A stretch of DNA of 64,000 nucleotides from Isurus oxyrinchus (GCA_026770705.1 JANJGN010000001.1:109616001-109680000); one strand, 5' to 3'; numbered from the stretch's first letter, positions 1 through 12,582 are shown. Numbers and translations: made by a program. Notes: generated from the sequence alone by a model not told the origin.

Positions 1-148
1 AGCAGGCTGGGGCCCTCCATGTCTCAGATCTCCAGAGGACGCCTGTCAAGGTCATCACAGACAGGGCGTAGCAGTCAGCAGGCTGCCTCCACCTCCACTC
101 TGGATGTCGGGAGAGCAGCAAGACATAGCGGCAGGTTTAGAAGATGTA

Positions 149-290
149 ACTCTTTTGAGTACAAACCCATTTCCATCTGTTTCAGATGACGTTACATTGA
201 TTCATCGTTTGCCATTGTGAGATTTGAACTCTTGATCTTGGGGTTCCAAACCCAGTACCATAACCACTTGGCTATTTAGGCCAAGCATTA
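149..290 (-). mobile_element. tRNA-derived SINE with 10-bp target-site duplication
   Basis: The minus strand reads TAGCCAAGTGG (A box) ... GAGTTCAAATC (B box). It is flanked by the direct repeat AGAAGATGTA at 139-148 and 291-300. Confidence 0.8.
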
Positions 291-977
291 AGAAGATGTA
301 GTTGGTCAGCCTGGGCACAGGTGTTAACATTTGTACATAATATTCACTCTTGTAAATAAACTCCCAAGGATGTCTCCTTGCCTATGGCTCCTTGTTTTGA
401 TGACCAGTGCTATTGTCACTCATATGTGAAACCTTGGTCACTGCACAAGATAAAGGCATGTGTCTCAGTCCAGGGGCTCCTCTCAGTGCTTTGTGCACCC
501 TTCCCAGCACATTGGTGGTGCACCTACACTGTCACTGGTCACATCAGTCAAGCCTGCACCTCAATGAGTCTTATCGTTGCTGCCGGCAGCACAGAGTTCC
601 ATCATTTTCTCTCTCCCCCGCCTCCCCCATCTCATCAGCATCTGTGTCCGGTGACAGTGTAGGTTCACCACCAGGGTTTCAGCTCACAAAAGATGCCATA
701 AAATCAGGAGAAGTTAAATTTTCCCTGCTACATCTCCATATGACCCTGTTCACAGAGCACGAGCGAACTGCCATCAGCCAGACAGGAGTCAGATATTCAC
801 ATAAGCTATGTGAAGATCGATGGAGTCTCCTCACTGCATGTTGTCATCATCCTCCTGGAATGTAGGGACTATGGGCATCCATTGCGTCACCATGACAGGG
901 GCCTAATCGCAGAGGGTGTTTGTGCTGCCATCAGCCAGACAGGAGTCAAAGATTCACAGATACGATGTGGAGTCTCC

Positions 978-1372
978 TCACTGCATGTCATCATCATTCT
1001 CCACAGATCTAGTGGCTATGAGGGTCTCCTGAGCATGCCTGCCTTGTCTGGACAATGCAATGTCCTCATAGCCATCTTCCTCACCTTCTAGGACCTCATC
1101 ATCCTTATTCTCATCAATGTCCTTCACATCAGAGGAGATGTGCAGCTCCTCCATCTCCTCCTCCAACAACCCATTCCCCCACTGCTGTGCCAGGTTGTGA
1201 AGGGCACAGCAGACAACGATGATGCATGACATCCTCTGTAGGCTATATTGCAGGGCTCCACCAGACCGGTCAAGGACCAGAATGTCGTTTTCAACATCCT
1301 GATGGTTTGCTCCACCAAAGTGCGAGGATGAGCCTCATTGTACCTTGATGCTGCACTCTGAGGCTGCTGCAA
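978..1372 (-). pseudogene. Harbinger (HARBI1-like) transposase C-terminal fragment, frameshifted
   Basis: YNEAHPRT..VEQTIRMLK, then IIVVCCALHNLAQQ and an acidic tail. These match the DDE_Tnp_4 C-terminus and the 35950-36411 ORF. Confidence 0.85.
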
Positions 1373-3099
1373 GAGTATTCATCTCGCTGGGTGCACGCCT
1401 TTTAAATGGTTTTGTGAAACAAACTGGTGTGTAATCACGCCAACTTGCCCGGATGATCCAGCATGGAGGATTGATTCTGGCAAGCATGGCTTATAATTAT
1501 ATGCAAATGTATTAAAATGATGTTCCCAATATGCAGCGGTGGGAAACGCAGCCTGCCATTGACGGGCTGAGAGAACGATTGCAAGCTGGTTTCAGGACGG
1601 CATGAAACCGATTTTTGGCCTTCTCGCCATATTGTCCACTCACACCCACCATGACGCCCAACATCAACGGTGACGGAAAAATTCAGCCCTGGACATTCTA
1701 TATAATTCCTTTCCTTAGCTCGGATCACTAAGCGACCCGTATGTAAAAACGTTACTTGTCTTTCGTGTCTCTCTTCTAAACTTGGGATCCAATGTTCTTT
1801 TTTCATTCCTTATTCCTCTTTAACGTTTGGTTCATGGATGATTTGAAACATGCTCTGGCTAGTTTTCTAACCTTGTGGAAATTTTCCAGATGTGTCTTTT
1901 TAAAAGTCAACAGTCTAATTTCTGGCTCATAGTTCATCATAATTATGATTATTGATGCTATTATGTGATTAAATGTATACATTTTCCACTGGCAAAAAAG
2001 AACTGGCAGAGAAGAATTCTGCCAGCAGGGTTATTTTTTGGCAACATGACTTGGTGAAGGGTCCTAAGGAGAATTTTTCCTCATAACCAGTCAAAATCCA
2101 ACAAGCATCTTTCCCAATCAGCCAAGAAAACTTCCTAAGGCTTTCCAGCATATGAATACCTTACATTTTTACATGTGTTTTCATCTCCCATTGTGAAACA
2201 TCAAAAATCACATGAAAAAAGACATTGTTCAGCTGAGATTTATCACCTGCAGCGATTAAATATTTCTCAGGAGAAATTATAAATTAGTAAATCTTCGGCC
2301 TCCAGCTCAGTGGTGTTGATAGGGCTTAAGATCTGTTTCAAAATAAGTAACTTATGTGTGAGTGCTGATGGAGATCAATTTGTAACATTACTTCCTTTAA
2401 CCCTCAATATTACATGTTCAAAACCTTCAGCAAAAGAACTGTTGACTAAAAGCAATTATGTGAAAGATCGTTGTGAATTTTGAGCTGGCTTTAGAAAGAA
2501 ATCACTGAGTGGTGGCATCTGGCACTTCTCGGTCAAGTAGACTCTAAGTAGGGCGCAACATCCTTTACTTTACCCTGACAATGTTCATAGCTTCCAAACT
2601 CAGAGCAGCAACTCCCACTACACTAGCATCACTTTTTCATTCATCATACTGCCTATCTTTATGGCATCGCAGAGTCAGAATGTCAAAATCCTGCCAACAG
2701 TGACAAATTTTATGGATAGTTTTATGTTGAAACTGGCAGATTGCCCAAAGCTATTTAATGTAGGGGAATGATATTGTCTTTCTCTCTTTCTATTTTATTC
2801 CTGCTCCCTCTTTGTAAGCTAACCCAGACTAACTGCACTTATTAACGGAACCATAAGTTGACAAGAAGTGAAGAAACGGAGAATATTAAGTGAAACTCAG
2901 AAAACTGGTACCTCAAAAATGTTTTCACATTATCCTAACTGAAAGAATATGAAGCAATGTAAAATCAGATATGTGAATTTTAAAACTTTTAAGCAAAACG
3001 TAATCTCTTCGGCACGCTCACGGAAACTTTTCTGAATGAAAGCGTTATATTAGATAAAGCACAACAAATAGGAAACTCCAAAGGAATTTAATTTCACAT

Positions 3100-3480
3100 G
3101 ACTTATGAACAGGAATAAGCCATTCAGCATCTTAAGCTTATTCTATCGTTTGATTAAACCATGGCTCATCTGTATCTTACTTACCTCCCTAGGTGCTATA
3201 ACAATATCCTTGCTGAACAAAAAGTTAGCAAGCTCTGTTTTGAAACTGTCAATTGATCAAGTCTCAACATTTTTTGAGAGAAAAGGTTTCAGATTTCCAC
3301 TAACCTTTGTCTTAAGAAGTACTCTCTGACATTGCCTCTCAACTGCTTTGCTCTAATTTTAAAGTTATGGCCCGGTGTACTGGACTCCTCCATCAGAAGA
3401 AATAATTTCTCTCTATCTACCATATCAAACTCAAATTATCTTAAATAGCTTCTTTGGATGACCCCTGCATCTTCTACATT
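3100..3480 (-). mobile_element. CR1 LINE 3' fragment
   Basis: The reverse complement resembles the CR1 ORF2 C-terminus and 3' UTR seen at 45200-45500 and 57740-58090. Confidence 0.65.
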
Positions 3481-4171
3481 TTCTCTAGTGATTCAACATA
3501 CCTTGAACTGTTCTTGTTGAATTAGTGGCAGTACAACATTGCACTGTTACTAATTTTTTTTTTAAATGCTGAGTGGATGTTTCTCTCGTGGCCCTCAGAG
3601 CAAGAGGGAAAGAGAGTTGACAGCAATAACCTAAACACAGGAGCAGGTATTGTGATGCTGTATCGATATTAACCTGCACCTGTTGCTTCCAATGCAGACA
3701 GCACACAAACTTCCTGCTGCCTGATAATTTACATGATAGCCATATGTAGCCAGGGCTAAACATGCTGCTGAGCAGCTGACCACCCAATAAGAGGCACAAT
3801 ATTGTACAATGCTAGTACCGCTTAAAGCTAGCCTGTACTACTTTAAAGCACCTTGCAAAGTGACAAGTGTGCGGTCATGGTCACTATGGGGAAGCCTGCA
3901 ATCCTCATGAAGTTGCATGCCTGCATCCTAGAAAGAATTTATTGCGTATTCTGCTCTCTTGGAATATAGAACTTCTCTTACGCAACAGAGCATTGTAAAC
4001 TGGGAGATGTTGCAAATATGTTTTGGAAAGGCATATAAAAGTCCATGGTCATAGTGACCTTCACAGCCACCATGAACATGCTAACTCCCACACCAAATTG
4101 TGTCTGGCATGGTTAGCACTGAAAGCGAAATATTGGTAACCGTGAAGCTGAATTTTGTAGTCCTTATGTTT

Positions 4172-4232
4172 TATATATATATATATGTATATATGCATAT
4201 GTGTGTGTACATATATTCAGAGAGGGAGAGAA
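4172..4232. repeat. Compound (TA)n/(TG)n/(GA)n microsatellite
   Basis: TATATATATATATGTATATATG...GTGTGTG...AGAGAGGGAGAG read directly. Confidence 0.85.
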
Positions 4233-6365
4233 AAAGAGGCACCTCAAGAGAGTGTGAAAGAGAAAAAAGCAAGAGTTATTATTCTGTTAAGCCTATACTC
4301 AAGCTCAGGTCTCAGATCTCTTTATTTGAGTTAGTTATGCATGGGATTGCAGGATGAACACCTGTGAAGAACAACAGAGTTAACACCGCTCAGAGCCATG
4401 TGGTGTTAATAAACTAGAATCCCCTTTCTTCAATTTTTCAATTTCATTACTTATACCTTCAGAATCATAATGTAATGGAAAACATGTGTTTTCCTGCAAG
4501 TTATGATTCATTACAAAAATAACAAGACACGAAAAACATGATGGCTATAAGTTAGGTTAATGATACCAAGGGAGGGAGTTCACATGAAGGTTTTACTGTA
4601 GAGACTAATCAAGGCAATGGTGTTATTAAAAGAAAGATTGATTGCAATTACACCTTGCAGCATCAAGCATTCTAATGATAAACACCCCATTTAAATCAGT
4701 AACATCAAGTAGGAACACACATTTGGTCCAGTATTTCTGATCTAAACATCAGCAGGGATTCTTCTAATAACCATGCATTGTTGCAAGGTGTCAGCCAACT
4801 GGAACATCACTTTTTTCAAAATACACGCACCCTGCAGAATAGCCATTAACTAATGTCACAGAACGTATAGTAAGGAGAACATAAGGAAATGCTCTTGCAG
4901 ATGCATTATTTTCTAATCGGATGGTTTCAATTTGCAAATGTCAATCCCATACTTATGGTAGTAGACGATTATTGTAGATTCACATAGCAACAGACATTAA
5001 GATTATTTACCTCAATTTGCAAATCACCTGACTGTTGAGATTGTCCACAAAAGATTTACATTCTTCAGCTTATTACAATAGTTTCACTAATTATTTTTCA
5101 GTACTAAGACATAGGCCTGGAAATTGCTCAAAGATAATGGAGAATTAGCAGTGTCCACCATTATCAGTTTCCAAAAAAATCCCCAATGTGTGATGAAGAA
5201 AAGATACACCAGGAGTTCTAAAGGTCCACAAATTCCTAGACAATTTGTTCCTCTCTGCCATTAGCCTCAAAAGAACTAAAAAAAATGTTTCAACTTCGGT
5301 GTGAACCTCTCCATTGAATTGCAGGTCATGAAATTGCTGGATTTGCGCCCTAAATGCAAATTCATTTTCCCCCAGCCGGTATTCCATGTCATCAGGACTC
5401 TTTTAATGAAATGATTTATGATCTTGACATAAAACTCAACCTTTGACACCCAGAAGAAGAATTAATGAAGCTGTGGTGTTTCACTCCAGCAGACAGTGAA
5501 TTGCTCCTAGAGATTACTTCTTAATCTCTCTTGGCAGTGTTTTTGTGCCAGCCTTGCCAACTACACTCATCTCATGTTAGTGTCTGAAGCTATGTGACAA
5601 AATTTTAACTCACTCAAAACCCATTCATTTACATTGGGTTAAAATCAGGCCCAATAATTCCTAAGATGCAAAGTTATTTTGGCACTCAGAAATGTAAATT
5701 AGATACATTCATTTCAGAAAATAATTGTGGAATACAAAATATGATTAAGAATGTTTGTACACTTCACTGACCTACCCTGCCATTCCTTCATTCCTATCTT
5801 TTCAAAGGCCAATAGAACAATTCCAAAACACAATTGGGTTATAAAATCCTTTTCTGCTTACCCTTTCTTTTTCTGTTTATTTTTTCTCTCATAATCCACT
5901 CTTTTCCTTTCACTCTCTTGATTCCTCTTTCTTGGCTCTAACTCACCCCATTCATTTCTTTCTCTGTCATTCACTCTGCTTCTTTCTCTATCCATAAATT
6001 TGATTGGTTAAATAGGATAAACCATTGAGCACAAGGTCCTAAATACCTCAATGACACCACTGCACTATTATCCATTCTCATTTCCAACACTATGCAGCAC
6101 AAATATAGTGCGATCTGAAGGATGAAGCATAAGTCCAATTCATGTTGCTCACTGCAAGATGCACCATTCCGTCAGTTTCTGGGCCATGCTATCCAATACT
6201 AATTCATGTTTGTATATTTTCTTTCACCACTGCTCCATTGTTTTTGAAGTTGCTTTCACAGTGATTATCACTTTTAACTTCCTTTCGATTTCTATCCATC
6301 TCGTAGGTACATTTTTCCTATAATTTTCTTTCGGTCTTTTGTTCATACAGAGTTTGAATATTGTT

Positions 6366-6845
6366 AAAAAAGAAAGAGGTGTTGCCGAAGCTTTTCATCT
6401 TGCAGTCACCAGGACAAATGCAAGAATGAAAAATTTCAGACAGCCACTACAATTTAACTGACAGAGTAAAAGGGTGCTGATTGGTTGGCAAGTTCCAAGC
6501 TTACAGTTACACTAACAACCAATTTAAGATAATTAGTGAGCTCACAACATGGCTCATTTACACTTGCTTGAGGCAACATATATTCATATGTAGAGGCTGT
6601 TCTCTGCAACAAAAGGAACATGTTCAAATCTTGTGCCTTTTTTGATCACCCCGGAGCTTGGGGAGCCTATAGTTCCCTGCTGCTTTCTGAATTGCAACAC
6701 CTTGGCCAATCAGAGTCGACTTGCTGACCAATCAGCATCCTTTTCTCCTGTAATATAAATTATTATGGTTGTTTGAAATTTGACAGTCTTGCATTTGTCC
6801 TGATGGGTGCAAGATGAGAAGCTTCCGCAACATGTCTCTCTTTTT
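6366..6845 (+). mobile_element. Penelope-like element end with inverted pseudo-LTR and degenerate hammerhead ribozyme
   Basis: Inverted arms of ~125 bp (6366-6493 vs 6718-6845). The spacer translates with frameshifts to NQFKIIS..HNMAHLHLLEATYIH..VLC..KEHVQILCLF, resembling a GIY-YIG endonuclease C-terminus. Each arm has a CTGATG..TGCAAGATGA(A/G)AAGCTTC hammerhead-like core. Confidence 0.75.
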
Positions 6846-7689
6846 GACAATATTCAAGTTATGTTTTTTGCTATTTTCCTCAGACTGCGCTCATTTGATC
6901 ATGGTATCTCCATTTTTTTTGAGCAAATGGTTAACTCTGGAATATCTACAAAACCAATGATTTTCCCCAGAGTCATTATTAATTCCTTCAAAGTTGGCAG
7001 TCAGGTATTAACATGATTTCTGATTCAGAGTAATCCAAACTGCAGAGTGTTCAAGTTTGGAATAATTCTCAGTTTGTGGTTGATTTGTCACGAAAAAAAG
7101 AAAAACAATCACTACATCTGGATACAGACACATCGGGTGTAATTTTAACCCACAGAAACAGGGAAGTTTGCTTCAAGTGGGAGATTAAAGAGCCAAAAAA
7201 TCCAAAACAAGAACTTGGCCAGCCACAAACTCACATACCTCCAATTTTAACCAACAGAGGGTCATGGCAGATGACCAATTCACTCATAGGAGGTGAGCTG
7301 CCCATGTACATGTTTTAATGAGGCAGTGTGCCTTCATTTTAAGAGCGATTCTATTTTTAACTAAAGGTGGCTGGGTTTCGCAGACCCCAGGAAATCCAGC
7401 AGGTGAAAACGGTGAGAAGGGCTGAGCCCATTAGATAAGAACCTTTTCAACACATTTTGAGAGCCAGGCGGAACAGGACTGTTTCCTTCAAGCACAACAA
7501 GCTTATCCGTGATGTTCTCCTATTGAGTGGTCAAGATGCTGCTCCACCCCACAACTCCCATGATCGGTCCGCTCCCACAACTCCTTTGCAACAACTACCC
7601 CCTGACCACCACCTAGCACACTCCCTGCCCCCAGCCACCATCTATCTGCCTCCACAATTGGACCCCTCCCTCACCATGATAGAAACCTT

Positions 7690-9420
7690 CCCTTGTAGTT
7701 GCACACCTCCTTGCTATCATGTCTGCTGCTTTTGTCCATCTAGGTGGTTAAAAGTTGCTGGTTGGAAGGTGCTGTCGATGAAGCATTGGTGTGTTTGTGC
7801 AGTGCATCTTACATGTGGTACACACTGCTGTCACTGTGCGTCAGTGATGCAAGGAGTGAATGTTTACATTGGCGAATGGGGTGCCAATGAAGCAGGCTGT
7901 TTCATCCCGGATGGTATCAAACTTCTTGATTGTTGTTGGGGCCACACTTACCTGGATGGCAAGTGAAGAGTATTCTATCACACTCCTGACTTGTGCCTTG
8001 TATATGGTGGACAGGCTTTGGGGAATCAGGAGGTGGGTCACTCACCTCAGAATTCCCAGCCTCTGACCTGCTCTTGTAGCCACAATATTTATATGGCTAG
8101 TCCAGTTCAGTTTTTGGTCAATGGTAATCTTCAGGATGTTGATAGTGGGGAGTTCAGCGATGATAATGCAATTGAATGTCATGGGAAGGTGGTTAATTTT
8201 GTTTCTAGTTGGAGATGGTTGTTGGGGGGGTGTTGGTTACAAAATTGTATTTCTTGAAGAGTCTTCATAGGTGAACGGCAAGTCTTTATTAGCTACTTGT
8301 AACTATATGCACATATTTAGTAAAGGGTACAAGCAAGGAGCTATCTCCATGTCTAGGTCTTCACACAACTCTGATCAATAGCACACTGGACCCTAGGACT
8401 GGATCGTGTGCCTTCTTACATCACTGTGTGAGTAGTACTATACTTAGTCCCACATTAACCCTTTGTTTGCCAGATCCTTATATTACAATAATAATTACCT
8501 GGCACTTGTGTGGCATGAATGTTACTTACCACTTATCAGCCAAGCCCACATATTGTCCAAGTCTTGCAGCATATTGGCAAGAAACACTTTAGTATCGGAA
8601 GAGCTGCGAATGGTAGTGAACATTGCAAAAATCATCAATGAGCATCCCCAATTCTGACCTCATAACGGAAGGAAGGTCATTGATAAAGGCCTGAAGATGT
8701 TTGGACTTAGTGCACTACCCTGGGGAAATCTTACAGGAATGCTCAGGCACTGAGATGACTGGCCTCCAAAAATCACAATCATCTCTCTTAGTACTAGGTA
8801 TGACTCCAACCATTGGAAAGTTTTTCCCATGATTCCCATTGACTTCAATTTTGCCAGATGACATACTCTGTCAAAACCTGCCTTTTTGTCAAGGGCAGTT
8901 ACACTCATCTCACCTCTTGAGTTCAGCTCTTTTGTCCATGTTTGGACCAAGACTGTAATGAGGTCAAGAGCCTGGTAGCACTGGCAGAACCCAAACTGAG
9001 CATTAGTGAGCAGCTTATTGCTGTGCAAGTGCCACTTGATAGCACTGTTAATGATACCACTTTGCTGATGATCGAAAGGACTCTGATGGGGTGGTAATTG
9101 GCTGGATTGGATTTTCCTTGATTTTTGTGGCCAGCATGTACCTGCGCAATTTTCTGCATTGTCTGGTAGATGCCAGCATTGTAGCTGAAGCGTAATAGCT
9201 TGGCTAGAGGTGCAGCTAGTTCTGGAGCTTTCAGTGCTATTGTCGGGATGTTGTCAGGGCGCATTGCCTTTGCAATGTCCAGTGCCCTCAGCTATTTCTT
9301 GATATCACGTGAAGCGAATTGAATTGGCTGATGACTGGCATCTGTGATGCCAGGATCCTCAGGAGGAAGTCAAGGTGGATCATCTGCTCAACATTTCTGG
9401 ATGAAGATGTTTCCAAATGC
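7690..9420 (-). mobile_element. CR1-group LINE (family B) RT and 3' region, decayed
   Basis: Minus-strand ORFs KSNPANYHPI..LSIISK, AQFGF, ALDKKAGFDRV, PQGSALSP and IYKAQVRSVIEYS are non-LTR RT motifs. Confidence 0.9.
8220..8490 (-). mobile_element. Probable solo LTR inserted in the LINE
   Basis: A ~270-bp insert interrupts LINE sequence (GAGATGGT|...|..CCTGGCACTTG). Ends are TGTTG...CAATA (near TG..CA), with AATAAA on the minus strand. The TSD is not cleanly preserved. Confidence 0.5.
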
Positions 9421-9720
9421 TGCAATAGCGGCAATGATTCCAGTCATGTAGGGTTGAATAACATGGACAATTGTGTTTGATTTCCAGCCCTTCTGGTCAA
9501 ATTAACTTTGGAGTTCAGAGAATAAGTTCCAAGGATTACGTTCTCTATTTACCTGTGGTTATTCACAGATTTCAGGATAGCTACTTGAGAAAAACTGGAG
9601 TGTATTTAGAAGATACTTTGGGGAATTTATGCAAATGCATTGCCCTGTCAACTTATCAATGTCCATGAACTGATTTTTCTTCTATTGGTTGATCTGACTC
9701 ATCACCCATTTGATTATAAA

Positions 9721-10379
9721 GGGCTGAATTTTACCTGAATCGGGTGAGTGCGCGCCCTACCCAATTGGGCGTAAAATCGCACGAGATGACGTCGGGCAAA
9801 CGTCCCGCGCTCACGCAATATTTCGCGTTTCCACCTTTTCCGTGCCCCCACCGACAATTAGGAGGGCAATTAAGCCCATTAACTGCAAAATTGTCTGTCA
9901 TTTTATACAGCCTGTCCAACCTTACATTTGGCGAAGGGACGAATCAGCCAGGCGGCCTTTACATTTTTCAGCAAACCTCATCCAAGGGCGGGACAAGGTT
10001 TCCGTTATTAAATAAAATAAAAATAGAAATCTGTAGGCAACATTTTTATAATCTATATGTTCAGGCACCAGATTGTGATGTTTGGGCATTTCTTTTCTGA
10101 TTTCACAAACTTTATTTCCTGGGTTTCAGGTCTTTATCTCCCTAAGGCAGCTCTCTGCCTTCAGAGAGCTTTCTGTCAGCACTCGCCTGCACGCACATTG
10201 ACATTGTCGCCCACCCTCCTTTCGCCCATCTTGGCAGCGCTGAGTTTTTCAGTGCACGCTTCACCTGGCTGGCCGTTAATTGGCCAGCCAGTGTGAAATC
10301 TCAGTTGGGGGCTGATCTCTGTCCTGACTGGTCCCAGGCCCGCCAATCACACCCACCCGTCAAGCTGAAAATTCAGGCC
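9721..10379. mobile_element. Harbinger-type MITE (659 bp)
   Basis: TIRs GGGCTGAATTTT / AAAATTCAGGCC with a 3-bp AAA on both flanks. The CpG-rich subterminal sequence is homologous to the ends of the 33574-37737 and 50400-52712 elements. Confidence 0.85.
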
Positions 10380-10655
10380 AAAAGCTGGAGCAACATTGTT
10401 ACAAATGTCACCTTATTGACTTTCAGTAAAAAATGGAAAGATGAAAGTTTGCTAGTGCAGCTCTTTAGGGCCCAGGTTTGGTGGAAAATAATCATTATTT
10501 CTGGATTAATATTCTCTCCTTGTCTACTCGGATGAAATGCAGGAATCCATCTAAAAAAACCTTTCGGTCGCCAAACCTTCCTGATCAAGTGGCATGGTAA
10601 ATAGGATAGCTTCCTAGTTTGGAGTGAAATACTAACAATTTCTACCCCCAACATA

Positions 10656-10776
10656 GGTTGGGATTTTTCGGTCCCGCTCACCACTGGTATCTTCCGATCC
10701 TGCCAAAAGTCAATGGGCTCTTGGCTGGGCCCACCACACCCCCAGGGAGGTGAGGATGGTGCATAAAATCCCGGCC
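10656..10776. mobile_element. Harbinger-type MITE (121 bp)
   Basis: TIRs GGTTGGGATTTT / AAAATCCCGGCC; TSD ATA on both sides. Confidence 0.8.
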
Positions 10777-12582
10777 ATAATGTGGGATAAGGTACTACAG
10801 TTTATAACCAGTTGTTGCCTTTTACTTCCATATGTAATGACTGCGTTGCACACAACTACAATACATGCAGTAAGTACTTTGAACATCAATAACTAGCATT
10901 ATTATTATGATGTATATAAGTCCTTGCCATCGCAAAATTATTCTCATCAAATTGCCATTTACTTTAAACAAGACTATCCCTCGTTTTCTTCCTGGTGAGA
11001 ATAAAGACTCATTAGGTATTAGTTCATATTCTCTTGTCATTTGGGAACTGTTGAAAGGCAATAGTGAAAGTAATGTTGCATATGTAAAATGATGAATGGA
11101 TCTGATTGCTACATCATTCCCCTAATATGTTTTCTTTCTTGACAGTTTCCCAGGGGACAGACATTTCGTTTGTTGCCTTTTAGGGGGAAACCTTTGTGCT
11201 CTCAGCATGAATGATGCAACTTATTATACACATGTGCCGGCACTTTGGGAAGCAAATTTGGTCGAGATGCTTAAAATGAATGATTTGTTACTAATGGTTT
11301 TTTCACTGGAAAATAGGATCAGATCTGCCCCTTGATGCTAATTTTCAGCAAGAATATGTTGAATGATGTGTCCTTGAAGTAATTTTTAGTAAAACGAAAT
11401 ATAATTTGAAGGGAAAAAGCCATTATTTTAAGCTTGGCCAAAATCATTTCATTTCTCAACATGAAATAATAGAAAAGGACCAGGGAGTCATTTTTCAATG
11501 CCTACAATGGTATGTATGCCCCAATTTTGGCACAGGCTGTGCTTTGCTAGGCTATAGTACAAATGAGGCCTGAGCTGTTTTACTGGTGAGCTGAAATTAT
11601 AGGCAGTGAGTTTGGCCGCAGCGCTCATCACACAGGGGCTTCTGGATCAAAAGTGGGGATAGGTCCATGGCAAGGAAAGCCTGAGCTTTCTTTGTGGTTG
11701 TCAGAGGAACACTCCCAGCTCCTCGTAACTCAGCAAGTAAAAAGCTAACCTGTTTGGGCCTCTCCTGGCCCTGATCCTCTTTAATGGTTTCCTCACCTGG
11801 CAGGAAAACCATTGCGGCTTCCTGATCAGTCTGTCAAGTTAAAATTACAGTCAAGGCCTGCTGACATCATCGGGACCCCAAATGTCTATCTACTGAAGAA
11901 AACCCGGCTAACTTTGGATGAACATGTCACTTGATCAGTAGAGCAGGTTACAATAAGCTCCAGGGAGGGAAGTAACTTGAGTTACAATCACCTCTTGTGT
12001 ATTATAAAGTGCTATAAATGTGTTCCACAATATAATATGATAGTGAGATTGTTATCAGTTAACATCATTAATATTCTACAACATTATTTATTTATGTTTA
12101 CAAAAGCATAGTTCACTCTTTTTACAAGTTTTCTTTTTTTTGGTATGCTCTAGTGCAGTGATTAAATATATCTCCCAATATGATACTTATTTTTCCAGGT
12201 CAGAATCGATAATCACCTCAATATTAATCTGAAGGTGGTTTCCAAGAAGTGGGTAGATTCCAGGTGAAATCCGAAAGCCAAGTCAGTTGGTTGAAATCTA
12301 ATTGAATTGAAGCAATAAATGTTGACTTCTAGATTTCAGATCTCCAGGCTGTGCAGCAGGCATGATGCACACCCACATGAGGCAATCTCATCTCTACCTA
12401 AAGAGACAATGTATACATGGAAATTGGAGGAACCAAGAGGTGTTTACAATAGATTCACGTAGAGCTAGGGCAGCACCCAGGTTCAGTGAAGTATCACACA
12501 ATTACTACTGGATGCAGTCAGGAGCAGGAGAAACACAGCTTTCCCCAGCGATGGGATGAAGAAAGCTGCAGCTTTCACCAAG

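Larger units (their letters stand above)
1..1689. mobile_element. Decayed PIF/Harbinger DNA transposon (internally deleted; left part lies outside the window)
   Basis: Positions 1-360 resemble the last exon of the Myb-gene in the 33574-37737 element and end in AATAAA (355-360). A transposase C-terminus lies on the minus strand. A terminal AAAATTCAGCCC (rc GGGCTGAATTTT) ends at 1689. Confidence 0.8.

Noticed and set aside
215-290. Functional tRNA gene on the minus strand
   Set aside because: The acceptor stem pairs poorly, a non-tRNA tail follows and a TSD flanks it, so it is a SINE head.
1994-2040. Hairpin CTGGCAGA-N7-TCTGCCAG with A/T extension as a pre-miRNA or terminator
   Set aside because: Only 8 contiguous pairs and a large bulge. 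This is too short for a pre-miRNA and plausible by chance.
5114-6185. TIR-like motifs (GGCCTGGAAATT at 5114, AAAATCAGGCCC at ~5641, TTTCTGGGCC at ~6176) as one defined MITE
   Set aside because: I could not pair the ends or find a TSD with confidence. Probably old Harbinger-like debris, left unannotated.
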